DNA of 63,814 bases, counting the filler, from Lama guanicoe (taxonomy: Eukaryota), in the NCBI GenBank assembly GCA_013239625.1. It is 195 parts of 195 records of this genome, joined end to end, with 100 filler letters (N's around TTAATTAATTAA, not from the genome) between each part and the next. Parts side by side here need not be neighbours in the genome. Positions count along the whole stretch, not along the records: positions 9,811 to 10,037 come from PNXV01042889.1; positions 10,138 to 10,364 come from PNXV01042890.1; positions 10,465 to 10,691 come from PNXV01042891.1; positions 10,792 to 11,018 come from PNXV01042892.1; positions 11,119 to 11,345 come from PNXV01042893.1; positions 11,446 to 11,672 come from PNXV01042894.1; positions 11,773 to 11,999 come from PNXV01042895.1; positions 12,100 to 12,326 come from PNXV01042896.1; 187 more parts are not named here. One strand, given 5' to 3'. A model generated the notes under the pieces. It saw only the letters and a list, made by a program, of their open reading frames with translations, did no database searches and was not told the origin of the DNA. Below, piece by piece: positions 9,711 through 20,521 of this stretch (its first letter is position 1; the number at the start of each line of letters is the position of its first letter). A program made the translations under genes and the position numbers.

Positions 9711-12099
9711 NNNNNNNNNNNNNNNNNNNNNNNNNNNNNNNNNNNNNNNNNNNNTTAATTAATTAANNNNNNNNNNNNNNNNNNNNNNNNNNNNNNNNNN
9801 NNNNNNNNNNAAATGAAACTCAGCATTTATAATGACTGCCTGGACTTAAACAGACATCTCTTAACACGAATTAATTGAATTAGAAATCCAAAATGTGTAT
9901 TTTAAGGGACATAAATCCTATGGCATATTTTCCGAAGAATAGGATTCCATAAGCAAATAAATTTCATAAATACAGTTTTGCACCTTACCTTAGATATTCA
10001 GTCACACTAACCAGCATACTAAAGGTTTTGAGTAATTNNNNNNNNNNNNNNNNNNNNNNNNNNNNNNNNNNNNNNNNNNNNTTAATTAATTAANNNNNNN
10101 NNNNNNNNNNNNNNNNNNNNNNNNNNNNNNNNNNNNNGGGTGAATCAATACCATGGAAACTTAAATGGAAGAGAGTCCAAGATGACGGAAGTGGTCAACA
10201 GTAACTAATAATGAAGACAACTCAGGAAGAGTGATGGATGAGATCAGAAGCGAGGTCATTGGAAGCTGATAATCTTGTTTCCCACCTTTTATACCGGGTT
10301 AAGTCTCCTCTCTGCTCTTCAGTTGTGATTTAAAGCTATGGATACTTAGATAAATGAAAACTCTNNNNNNNNNNNNNNNNNNNNNNNNNNNNNNNNNNNN
10401 NNNNNNNNTTAATTAATTAANNNNNNNNNNNNNNNNNNNNNNNNNNNNNNNNNNNNNNNNNNNNAGGGTCCCAGAAGCCTCACCCCTTCCCTGCATCAAA
10501 GGTAAGAACTATGCTGACTAAAATCATCATAGGTGTTTGGCTCTTTAGGGAGAAGGTGTTCCTTTTTCATATGAATGGGATCATATACTAGATACACTTG
10601 CATCTTTATTCTGTTTCTTTTAATCAGAATCATCTGTGACCTGTCAAAGGGCAGGTGCATTGTTCTACAGTGTTTCACTGCACAAATACTTNNNNNNNNN
10701 NNNNNNNNNNNNNNNNNNNNNNNNNNNNNNNNNNNTTAATTAATTAANNNNNNNNNNNNNNNNNNNNNNNNNNNNNNNNNNNNNNNNNNNNGCTTTTTAG
10801 GGGTCAGGCTGATTTTTAGGTGACATATAATCAAACAATTGAAAAACAGTTGAAAAAAATACATTATTATGAGATTATGGTCAAAGTGAAGAAAAATAAA
10901 AATTTGTTTTAAATTAGGTTAATTTATTCATATTAGATTATGATTTGTAGGGCACTAATTTGAATACATAACTGGTGGTTGCGAAAGAGGTTCATAATGT
11001 CACATGTTGAGAGATCTANNNNNNNNNNNNNNNNNNNNNNNNNNNNNNNNNNNNNNNNNNNNTTAATTAATTAANNNNNNNNNNNNNNNNNNNNNNNNNN
11101 NNNNNNNNNNNNNNNNNNATTCAAGTATTTAGAAAATACCTAAATATCAACTAGTTGCAACGAACTGTGTAGCGTTTGCGTCTTGGCTCTCTTCTCGCTG
11201 CTTTTAGAAGGGCTCAGAGGAAATGCAGCCAGCTCCCGTGCTCCGGCTCCGATCGCAGATGGTTGAGAGCTTCGTCCCCCCTTCTTTAGTGGCACGTGTT
11301 TTCACAGTTTCATTCAATGAATATTTGCCTCCATCAGGCCGATACNNNNNNNNNNNNNNNNNNNNNNNNNNNNNNNNNNNNNNNNNNNNTTAATTAATTA
11401 ANNNNNNNNNNNNNNNNNNNNNNNNNNNNNNNNNNNNNNNNNNNNAAGTGCTTTTCACACCCTTTAGTAAGAACTAAAAACAGTACCTTCTTGTAGTTTA
11501 GGAGCAGCAGCTCTGTCATTGTTGATGGAAGGCCCTGGAGACAGAACCATCTTTTCAAAAATGAAAATTGCTTACCAAAAGTTCTCTTTAATATTTCCTT
11601 AGCATTCCGGGCATTCCTTGCATTCATCAGTTAATGACAGTGATACATAGACAGGCAGGTGGCTACATGTTCNNNNNNNNNNNNNNNNNNNNNNNNNNNN
11701 NNNNNNNNNNNNNNNNTTAATTAATTAANNNNNNNNNNNNNNNNNNNNNNNNNNNNNNNNNNNNNNNNNNNNAATCAAAGGTTCAGAGAGGTCAGGTGGA
11801 GCTGGAAAACACACTTCATACAGCTGAGGTTAGGATTCCTAGCTTCTCCCACAAACCTTTCTGTGTTGGGTTTTCTATCTTGGTAAGAATGTCACCATAG
11901 AATTGTCTGAGTTCGGAACCCCAGTGTCATCTGGGTCCTCCTTTCCTTCTACCTCTGTCCACATTCAGCTAGTCTCCAAGTCTTATCAATTCCACCTCCN
12001 NNNNNNNNNNNNNNNNNNNNNNNNNNNNNNNNNNNNNNNNNNNTTAATTAATTAANNNNNNNNNNNNNNNNNNNNNNNNNNNNNNNNNNNNNNNNNNNN

Positions 12100-12326
12100 A
12101 GTGATATTTCATTCTATGGCTGTACCACATTTTGTTTATCCATTCACCCCTTGATGGGCATTTGGGTTGTTTCCAGTTTTTTGTGTGTGTGATTATGAAT
12201 AAAGTCTTGGTGGTTTTTGAACACACATTTTTTGTGCATTTAGAACTTATTTTGGTGTGAGGAATGAGATAGAGATTCAACTTTATTTTTGCCAAACCAC
12301 AAGCTGATTATCTCAACACCATTTAC
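12100..12326 (-). mobile_element. LINE-1 ORF2 fragments
   Basis: Minus-strand KNWKQPKCPSRGEWINKMWYSH is the L1 ORF2 C-terminal motif. Confidence 0.9.
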
Positions 12327-12609
12327 NNNNNNNNNNNNNNNNNNNNNNNNNNNNNNNNNNNNNNNNNNNNTTAATTAATTAANNNNNNNNNNNNNNNNNN
12401 NNNNNNNNNNNNNNNNNNNNNNNNNNGTAGAGAGGAGGTTGTACTGATCCATTTCACTGATGCTCCTGATTCCCATGGTCACTAAGGCCCAGGGCATGCG
12501 TTCGCTGCCCTGTGTGGCAGCCTCGTTTGCCACCACCCTCTGTCCTCGTGACCCTTGGCACGGGCTGCCGCGTCAGTACCAGGCTCAACGTTAATTTGAA
12601 ACCATTCAT

Positions 12610-12653
12610 CCAGGATCAGCAAACTATGGCCCACGGGCCAGATCCAGCCCACC
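12610..12653 (+). mobile_element. MER58 (hAT) 5' end
   Basis: CAGGATCAGCAAACTATGGCCCACGGGCCAGATCCAGCCCACC resembles the MER58A terminus. Confidence 0.7.
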
Positions 12654-13119
12654 NNNNNNNNNNNNNNNNNNNNNNNNNNNNNNNNNNNNNNNNNNNNTTA
12701 ATTAATTAANNNNNNNNNNNNNNNNNNNNNNNNNNNNNNNNNNNNNNNNNNNNCATCAAGCAGCTAATAAATCAGTCTTCTCACTTCTTTTGGCTTGAAA
12801 GTGGCACCTGTTAAAATCAGCAGCTCAGTCCTTCCTAACTTCCTGCTGAAACAGCAACAAGATAACCAAGACCTGACACCACTCAGAACTGGGACCGAGA
12901 GTTAGTTGGTTTCCAAAATCTTCAGGAAATTTACAGTAGTCATAAAAGCCACAGTCGAGCAAATAGCACTAAGTTGAGGCNNNNNNNNNNNNNNNNNNNN
13001 NNNNNNNNNNNNNNNNNNNNNNNNTTAATTAATTAANNNNNNNNNNNNNNNNNNNNNNNNNNNNNNNNNNNNNNNNNNNNATATTTTAAAAGTCAAAAGA
13101 AGACTATTTGCTAACTCTT

Positions 13120-13308
13120 GGAAGTTAATGAAATTCAAATTTTGGTGTCTATGTGAAGTTTACTAGAACCCACACACATGTCCGTTGGTTTGCCCATGGC
13201 CACTGGCTATTCCACCCCAAAGAGTCGAGCAGAATTATGACAGAGACCTGAGGCCTGCAAAGCTTAAAATACTTACTGTTGGACCCTTTGCAGAAAGAGT
13301 TTGCTCAC
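13120..13308 (+). mobile_element. MER58 (hAT) 3' portion
   Basis: GACAGAGACCTGAGGCCTGCAAAGCTTAAAATACTTACTGTTGGACCCTTTGCAGAAAGAGTTTGC resembles the MER58A/B 3' end. Confidence 0.75.
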
Positions 13309-15047
13309 NNNNNNNNNNNNNNNNNNNNNNNNNNNNNNNNNNNNNNNNNNNNTTAATTAATTAANNNNNNNNNNNNNNNNNNNNNNNNNNNNNNNNNNNN
13401 NNNNNNNNGGTTTTAGTGAGGTTCAAAGTGAAAACGAGGCGAAGAAGCTGATGGCTCAGATATTAATTCTAATTTGCCTTACATTTACCAAGGATTCTAC
13501 ATCCTCATGCCAACCCTGTGAAGTCAGGTCAGGAAAGGGCTTATCTCCTTTTCATAACGGGTGAGTGGAGACTTGGGTTGAGTTTCCCTCCTGAGCTCGC
13601 TTGGATAGAAAGCTGCAGGGCCAGGATTCACATTAGNNNNNNNNNNNNNNNNNNNNNNNNNNNNNNNNNNNNNNNNNNNNTTAATTAATTAANNNNNNNN
13701 NNNNNNNNNNNNNNNNNNNNNNNNNNNNNNNNNNNNTTTTTTTCAGAATTCTTTAGAGAGATTTTATTGAAAGAACAATGAGCCATTCAAGTCACTGAGT
13801 CTTTATAAAGACATGAATACATTATAAGTTAAATGTTTAACTAATGATTAGCATGATAATGTATTGGTTTTTTGTTTGTTCGTTTTCTTTGTTTTGTTTT
13901 GTTTTGTTTTCTTTTTGAGTTATAGTCAGTTTATAACATTGTGTCAATTTCCAGTGTAGAGCANNNNNNNNNNNNNNNNNNNNNNNNNNNNNNNNNNNNN
14001 NNNNNNNTTAATTAATTAANNNNNNNNNNNNNNNNNNNNNNNNNNNNNNNNNNNNNNNNNNNNGAAGCTCACCACCTTCTGCAATTGTGTTAAAATAAAA
14101 GAACAGTAATCATGTCAAAGAAAAGCCTACTTTAAAAAATAAAAAAGAGAAGCTATCACTGTGCATGGTGGGAGCCAGCAGCCGCTGCATTAGCAGCAAT
14201 TTGGCGCACACGTGCCGTACATGCTGCCTCTCTTCCCAAACACGTTATGCCTGCTGCTGCCAGTGTGCCCTTGCTGTAAAGGCCCTAGTGGNNNNNNNNN
14301 NNNNNNNNNNNNNNNNNNNNNNNNNNNNNNNNNNNTTAATTAATTAANNNNNNNNNNNNNNNNNNNNNNNNNNNNNNNNNNNNNNNNNNNNACATGATAA
14401 AGTCACAAGCTCTGAGGTTTTATAGCCTTAATTCAGAAAGGCTGGACATCCTGTTAGTTGTAATTTGGTTAAAAATATCAGAACTTCCAGAGAACTAGTT
14501 TAAATTGAAAGGGGGATTTATAATGAAGATATTGGCTTACCTCATGAGACCCAAGTGTAGGAATGCAGCAAGCCCTCAGACAAGGACTGAAATTAAGAAG
14601 TGGAAAGCCAGGAGCACTCNNNNNNNNNNNNNNNNNNNNNNNNNNNNNNNNNNNNNNNNNNNNTTAATTAATTAANNNNNNNNNNNNNNNNNNNNNNNNN
14701 NNNNNNNNNNNNNNNNNNNCGGAAGCCAGTAGAAATCAGGGAAATCCATGCTCAATATTCCAAACAAATAGAGAGTGAAAATGTTTACTCTTTGTTTTAA
14801 TCTTTGTACTGTAATATAGAGATGATATTGGAAAATAAACAATAGGACTTTTTTTTCAAAAGCTTCTTTCTTTACTTCAATTTTTCAAACTCCTCCATAG
14901 ATTTTTAAAAATGTCCTCATTATAAATACCAAAAATAGCAGCCAGGTNNNNNNNNNNNNNNNNNNNNNNNNNNNNNNNNNNNNNNNNNNNNTTAATTAAT
15001 TAANNNNNNNNNNNNNNNNNNNNNNNNNNNNNNNNNNNNNNNNNNNN

Positions 15048-15274
15048 GCCATTTGCAGCAACATGAATGGACCTGGAGAATGTCATTCTAAGAGAATTAA
15101 GCCAGAAAGAGAAAGAAAATTACCATATGAGATCGCTCTTATGTGGAATCTAAAAGAAAGAAAACAAAACAAAACTAAACAAGACAAACATCTACAGAAA
15201 ACAAACAGGCACAGAGACATAGAATGCAAACTATGGTTACCAGAGGGGAGAGGGTGTCGGAAGGGATACATTGG
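15048..15274 (+). mobile_element. LINE-1 ORF2 end / 3' UTR
   Basis: GCCATTTGCAGCAACATG..GGACCTGGAGAATGTCATTCTAAG...TATGTGGAATCTAAAA is a typical L1 3' region. Confidence 0.92.
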
Positions 15275-15464
15275 NNNNNNNNNNNNNNNNNNNNNNNNNN
15301 NNNNNNNNNNNNNNNNNNTTAATTAATTAANNNNNNNNNNNNNNNNNNNNNNNNNNNNNNNNNNNNNNNNNNNNCAGCATGCTCTCAAGCCAGCGTCTTC
15401 AGAGACACAAGTCTTACTAGACTAGCGACGAAGCCCCTCAGGTAATGAAGAAAAATGTGAGACC

Positions 15465-15602
15465 AGGACACAGGGAACATAGATTCTAGTTCTGGCTTTG
15501 CTGGCAACTTGCCGAGTAACCTTAAGCAAGCCAGTTAATGTCTGTGAATCCACCACTTCATCTGTAAAATGAAGGGGTGGGGTCAGATGATCTTTAAGAT
15601 GA
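15465..15602 (+). mobile_element. MIR fragment
   Basis: TTCTAGTTCTGGCTTTGC...AACCTTAAGCAAG...CTTCATCTGTAAAATGAAGGG matches the MIR core. Confidence 0.7.
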
Positions 15603-16030
15603 NNNNNNNNNNNNNNNNNNNNNNNNNNNNNNNNNNNNNNNNNNNNTTAATTAATTAANNNNNNNNNNNNNNNNNNNNNNNNNNNNNNNNNNNNNNNNNN
15701 NNTATGCCAAGTTATTAAAAAATCCAATATTACATGAGATAATCCATACAACAGTAATATACCATGTTCATATTATAAGTGGATTTTTTTATAAATATTT
15801 ATCTCAGCAGAGGCTGGAGGGCTAAGTAATTTACTCAAAGTGGCAAAGTTCTTAAATGGTAGGTAGGACAAATTTTTGAATAAGTATTATTTGACTCTAA
15901 AAGTACATTCCATGCAATATTTAATAGATANNNNNNNNNNNNNNNNNNNNNNNNNNNNNNNNNNNNNNNNNNNNTTAATTAATTAANNNNNNNNNNNNNN
16001 NNNNNNNNNNNNNNNNNNNNNNNNNNNNNN

Positions 16031-16258
16031 GGGCCCGCAGGAAGCGCAGGAGGTAGAGGGGCGACGCCGCGACTTTCCGGGACCCCCGCCCGGCCCGGCC
16101 CCCACGTGCCCGGGCGGCGTCGGAGCGCGGAACTTTTCGGGGAAGCGCAAGGAAGGCGCTCCCTGAATACAAGGAGTAGAACTCGCTCGCTCTCACTTTT
16201 CCATGTTCACACGGGGGTCTCTCACAGCCCCCGACCCTCCGACCCTCCGCCGCCCCCG
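16031..16258. promoter_or_regulatory. CpG island / promoter-proximal fragment
   Basis: High GC and CpG density, GC boxes and a CACGTG E-box. Confidence 0.6.
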
Positions 16259-17154
16259 NNNNNNNNNNNNNNNNNNNNNNNNNNNNNNNNNNNNNNNNNN
16301 NNTTAATTAATTAANNNNNNNNNNNNNNNNNNNNNNNNNNNNNNNNNNNNNNNNNNNNGGGGGTGAGCAGCTGCAGGGGACGCTGTTGGAGGAAGCAGTC
16401 ACCGTTTATTATTTAATTTTTTTTTTTGCATTCACCTTCCCAGTGATATTTACTTCACTTTGCCTTCATAAAGGGGCAGAAGTGGGTCTAAAACCCGTGC
16501 CACTATTTTGTTCCCTTTACGAGGATGTTTTTTTCTCAGTATCAGGACAACATGGCCTTCTCCTAAGTAGCTGGCTCACCTGGATNNNNNNNNNNNNNNN
16601 NNNNNNNNNNNNNNNNNNNNNNNNNNNNNTTAATTAATTAANNNNNNNNNNNNNNNNNNNNNNNNNNNNNNNNNNNNNNNNNNNNTGTTATTTGGCATTG
16701 CAAAGGTGAGGTAAATTTTAAGGCAAAAAGACTGTCTACAATTTCCTCGACTTTGTGATATTTACCTATAATATGTCATCCTGACACTTATAACCAGATG
16801 AACTGTGGTAAAACAAATAAATAAAAACGAAATACAACAATGCAGAATAACTTTAGTTACCTGAATCTAACATTAAAGATTGAAAGTAAGATTTAAAGGT
16901 ATGGAAAAAAAAANNNNNNNNNNNNNNNNNNNNNNNNNNNNNNNNNNNNNNNNNNNNTTAATTAATTAANNNNNNNNNNNNNNNNNNNNNNNNNNNNNNN
17001 NNNNNNNNNNNNNCAAACAAACGGAGTCAACAATAGCAGTGTGGATCCAAACTCTTGCTATCCACTCTGCCATCATTACTGTGTTTATCGTCAGCGTGGC
17101 CAGGACACTTCCAATCACGAAATGGCTGCTATAGTTAACAGCAGAAGAGGAACT

Positions 17155-17241
17155 AAAAGAAAGGAATAAAGAGAGAAAGAGAGAAAGGAAAGAAAGAAAG
17201 AAAAAGAAAGAAAGATGAAAGAAAAGAGAAGAAAGAGAAGG
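17155..17241 (+). repeat. (GAAA)n / GA-rich microsatellite
   Basis: Seen directly in the sequence. Confidence 0.9.
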
Positions 17242-17669
17242 NNNNNNNNNNNNNNNNNNNNNNNNNNNNNNNNNNNNNNNNNNNNTTAATTAATTAANNN
17301 NNNNNNNNNNNNNNNNNNNNNNNNNNNNNNNNNNNNNNNNNGGCGGCTCCTGCAGGGGGCGCCCCTCCGGGGATGACAACCCAGATACTGGCGAGTGCTA
17401 GGCAGCGGCCACCAGCTTCGCCTCCTCTTTCAGGCTCAGTGATTGGGTGGGTGGAGAACCGCCATCATTGGGGACTGTGCTCAGAGACCGTCTCCGGGTC
17501 ATTCCTGGCCTCTCCCTGCTTCCCAGAGCATGCTGTCATCCTGCTTCTGCCTCTCATTTCTGTACGCGCNNNNNNNNNNNNNNNNNNNNNNNNNNNNNNN
17601 NNNNNNNNNNNNNTTAATTAATTAANNNNNNNNNNNNNNNNNNNNNNNNNNNNNNNNNNNNNNNNNNNN

Positions 17670-17897
17670 AACTAAATACTCTAATCAAAGGATACAGGGT
17701 GGCTGATTGAATAGCAGAGCTAGACTTTTCAATATGCTGCCTACAGGAGGCTCACTTGAGGGCAAAATAAGTCAGACTGAAAGTAAAAGGATGGAAAAAT
17801 ATATTTCATGCAAGTGGAAATGACAAGAAAGTAGGGGTAGCAATATGTTTATCAGACCAAATAGAATTTAAAACAAAGGCTATAATGAAAGACAAAG
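17670..17897 (+). mobile_element. LINE-1 ORF2 endonuclease fragment (decayed)
   Basis: LNTLIKGYRVAD*IAELDFSICCLQEAHLRAK*VRLKVKGWKNIFHASGNDKKVGVAICLSDQIEFKTK. Confidence 0.95.
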
Positions 17898-20293
17898 NNN
17901 NNNNNNNNNNNNNNNNNNNNNNNNNNNNNNNNNNNNNNNNNTTAATTAATTAANNNNNNNNNNNNNNNNNNNNNNNNNNNNNNNNNNNNNNNNNNNNCAA
18001 CCCTTTTATCCAGATCTTGCCCACGAACAACAAAATAACCCCCCCCCCCGCTATTCTTCTCTGTCCTTTGTTTTCATTCCAGCAGGTGTTTGAAGATTTT
18101 TTTTTAATATGCATAGATATCTTGGAGGAAGAAAACAAGGAGTCTATAGAACAGAAAGTGTGCTGTTTTGTGTAAACGTGTTGTTGATAAACCCAGGGGT
18201 TATCAGAGATCAGGACTGGACAAGANNNNNNNNNNNNNNNNNNNNNNNNNNNNNNNNNNNNNNNNNNNNTTAATTAATTAANNNNNNNNNNNNNNNNNNN
18301 NNNNNNNNNNNNNNNNNNNNNNNNNAAAAGACGCTCCATATTGGAAACAATTTACGGAGTAAACACGGGCAAGTGAAGGTCCTCCATGCTGAGTTCTCCC
18401 TTACCACTGATGCAATGAAAGATGGCAGGGCTATCCGCACCCCGCCCTCCCTCAACCACCAAGGAGCTTAGAGAGACAGCGGATGGAGAGAAATTTCCAC
18501 CACTCTCGGTTCAAGTGGAATTGGAGGAGAAGTTGCTTTAGGAAGCAGTATTTNNNNNNNNNNNNNNNNNNNNNNNNNNNNNNNNNNNNNNNNNNNNTTA
18601 ATTAATTAANNNNNNNNNNNNNNNNNNNNNNNNNNNNNNNNNNNNNNNNNNNNATGTGCTCTTTTTCACTTGAGATTTGAGACTGTGAAGATTTAGCGAG
18701 GGAATGGGGAGAGGGGAAAGCAGAGGCAGAAATATGTTCTGTGGCGAAAGGGGGCATTTCAAGTTCAAGAGCCAGAGAGAGATCATGTTCATGTCTAGAG
18801 CGTTAGATGAGACAGAGCAGCTGGATATGAGTCGTACCTTGCAGGGACTTCCAGGTTACCTCAGTAATCTGTTAGTTAGCTNNNNNNNNNNNNNNNNNNN
18901 NNNNNNNNNNNNNNNNNNNNNNNNNTTAATTAATTAANNNNNNNNNNNNNNNNNNNNNNNNNNNNNNNNNNNNNNNNNNNNACACTTGGGTGGATGGGAG
19001 TACATGTGCACCTCTGTACCAGCATGGGGGATGACCTGCCAGAGCCACATGAACTGAGCAGGGGGCCCGTCCCTAAGGGAAACTGGGGAGTTAGTCCCAG
19101 AAAAGGAGGACAGAACACCAGAGCACCAATCTGTGGGGATTGTGTCCTCTGTCCCTGTGTGCCCTGCAGAGTGGCCAGTGAAACCACAGACAGGAAAATC
19201 CCCGGCAAANNNNNNNNNNNNNNNNNNNNNNNNNNNNNNNNNNNNNNNNNNNNTTAATTAATTAANNNNNNNNNNNNNNNNNNNNNNNNNNNNNNNNNNN
19301 NNNNNNNNNGTAGATTTCCCAAAGAGAAATACCAAAGGGAATAACACATGTAAATGTTCTCTGCCTACTGCATGGTTTTCTCTACTCAGTTTTCCCTAAA
19401 AGAAAAATAGGATTCCTCCTTCTGTGCCACAAAAGAGGAAAAGGAAATAAAGATTTTTTCACAGCCATTGAGATCTTCTTTCTTGGCTGTTTAACTACAC
19501 AGGTATCCTTTCTGCTAGTTGGGCATTCACAGTGGACNNNNNNNNNNNNNNNNNNNNNNNNNNNNNNNNNNNNNNNNNNNNTTAATTAATTAANNNNNNN
19601 NNNNNNNNNNNNNNNNNNNNNNNNNNNNNNNNNNNNNGTAGATTTCCCAAAGAGAAATACCAAAGGGAATAACACATGTAAATGTTATCTGCCTACTGCA
19701 TGGTTTTCTCTACTCAGTTTTCCCTAATAGAAAAATAGGATTCCTCCTTCTGTGCCACAAAAGAGGAAAAGGAAATACAGATTTTTTCACAGCCATTGAG
19801 ACCTTCTTTCTTGGCCGTTTAACTACACAGGTATCCTTTCTGCTAGTTGGGCATTCACAGTGGACNNNNNNNNNNNNNNNNNNNNNNNNNNNNNNNNNNN
19901 NNNNNNNNNTTAATTAATTAANNNNNNNNNNNNNNNNNNNNNNNNNNNNNNNNNNNNNNNNNNNNCTGTGCTTGCTGGTCCATCCATCAGGTCACTCTGC
20001 AGACAGTCCCTGGCCCTTTGCTGGGACGAGGCTTGGGCTGGGCAGACAGATCTAGGGGAAACCCCACCCCCTGTGCCCGGGAGGCTGCAGTCCCTGAGGA
20101 GGGCAGATGCTCAGACAAATATGTTGAGCAGAGCAGAGGTGACGAAGGCTCCTGCGGGCACAGGTCACCGGTGAACGCTGAAGTAGGAGGGTGNNNNNNN
20201 NNNNNNNNNNNNNNNNNNNNNNNNNNNNNNNNNNNNNTTAATTAATTAANNNNNNNNNNNNNNNNNNNNNNNNNNNNNNNNNNNNNNNNNNNN

Positions 20294-20521
20294 GAATACA
20301 GAATGTAGAATAGAGACTATAGAACACAGAATGTAGAATATACAATACAGAATGCAGAACCCAGAATTCTGAACATGGAATGAAGAACACAGAAATTAGT
20401 ATACAGAATTCAGAATATAGAATGTACAATATATAATTTAGAACACAGTATATAAAATGCAGACTACAGAATCCAGAATTTAGAACATGGAATTTAGAAC
20501 AGAGAATGTATAATATAGAGT
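20294..20521 (+). repeat. Degenerate 7-bp satellite (GAATRYA)n, 32 in-register units
   Basis: gaataca gaatgta gaataga gactata gaacaca gaatgta... with no indel breaking the 7-bp phase. Confidence 0.95.
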
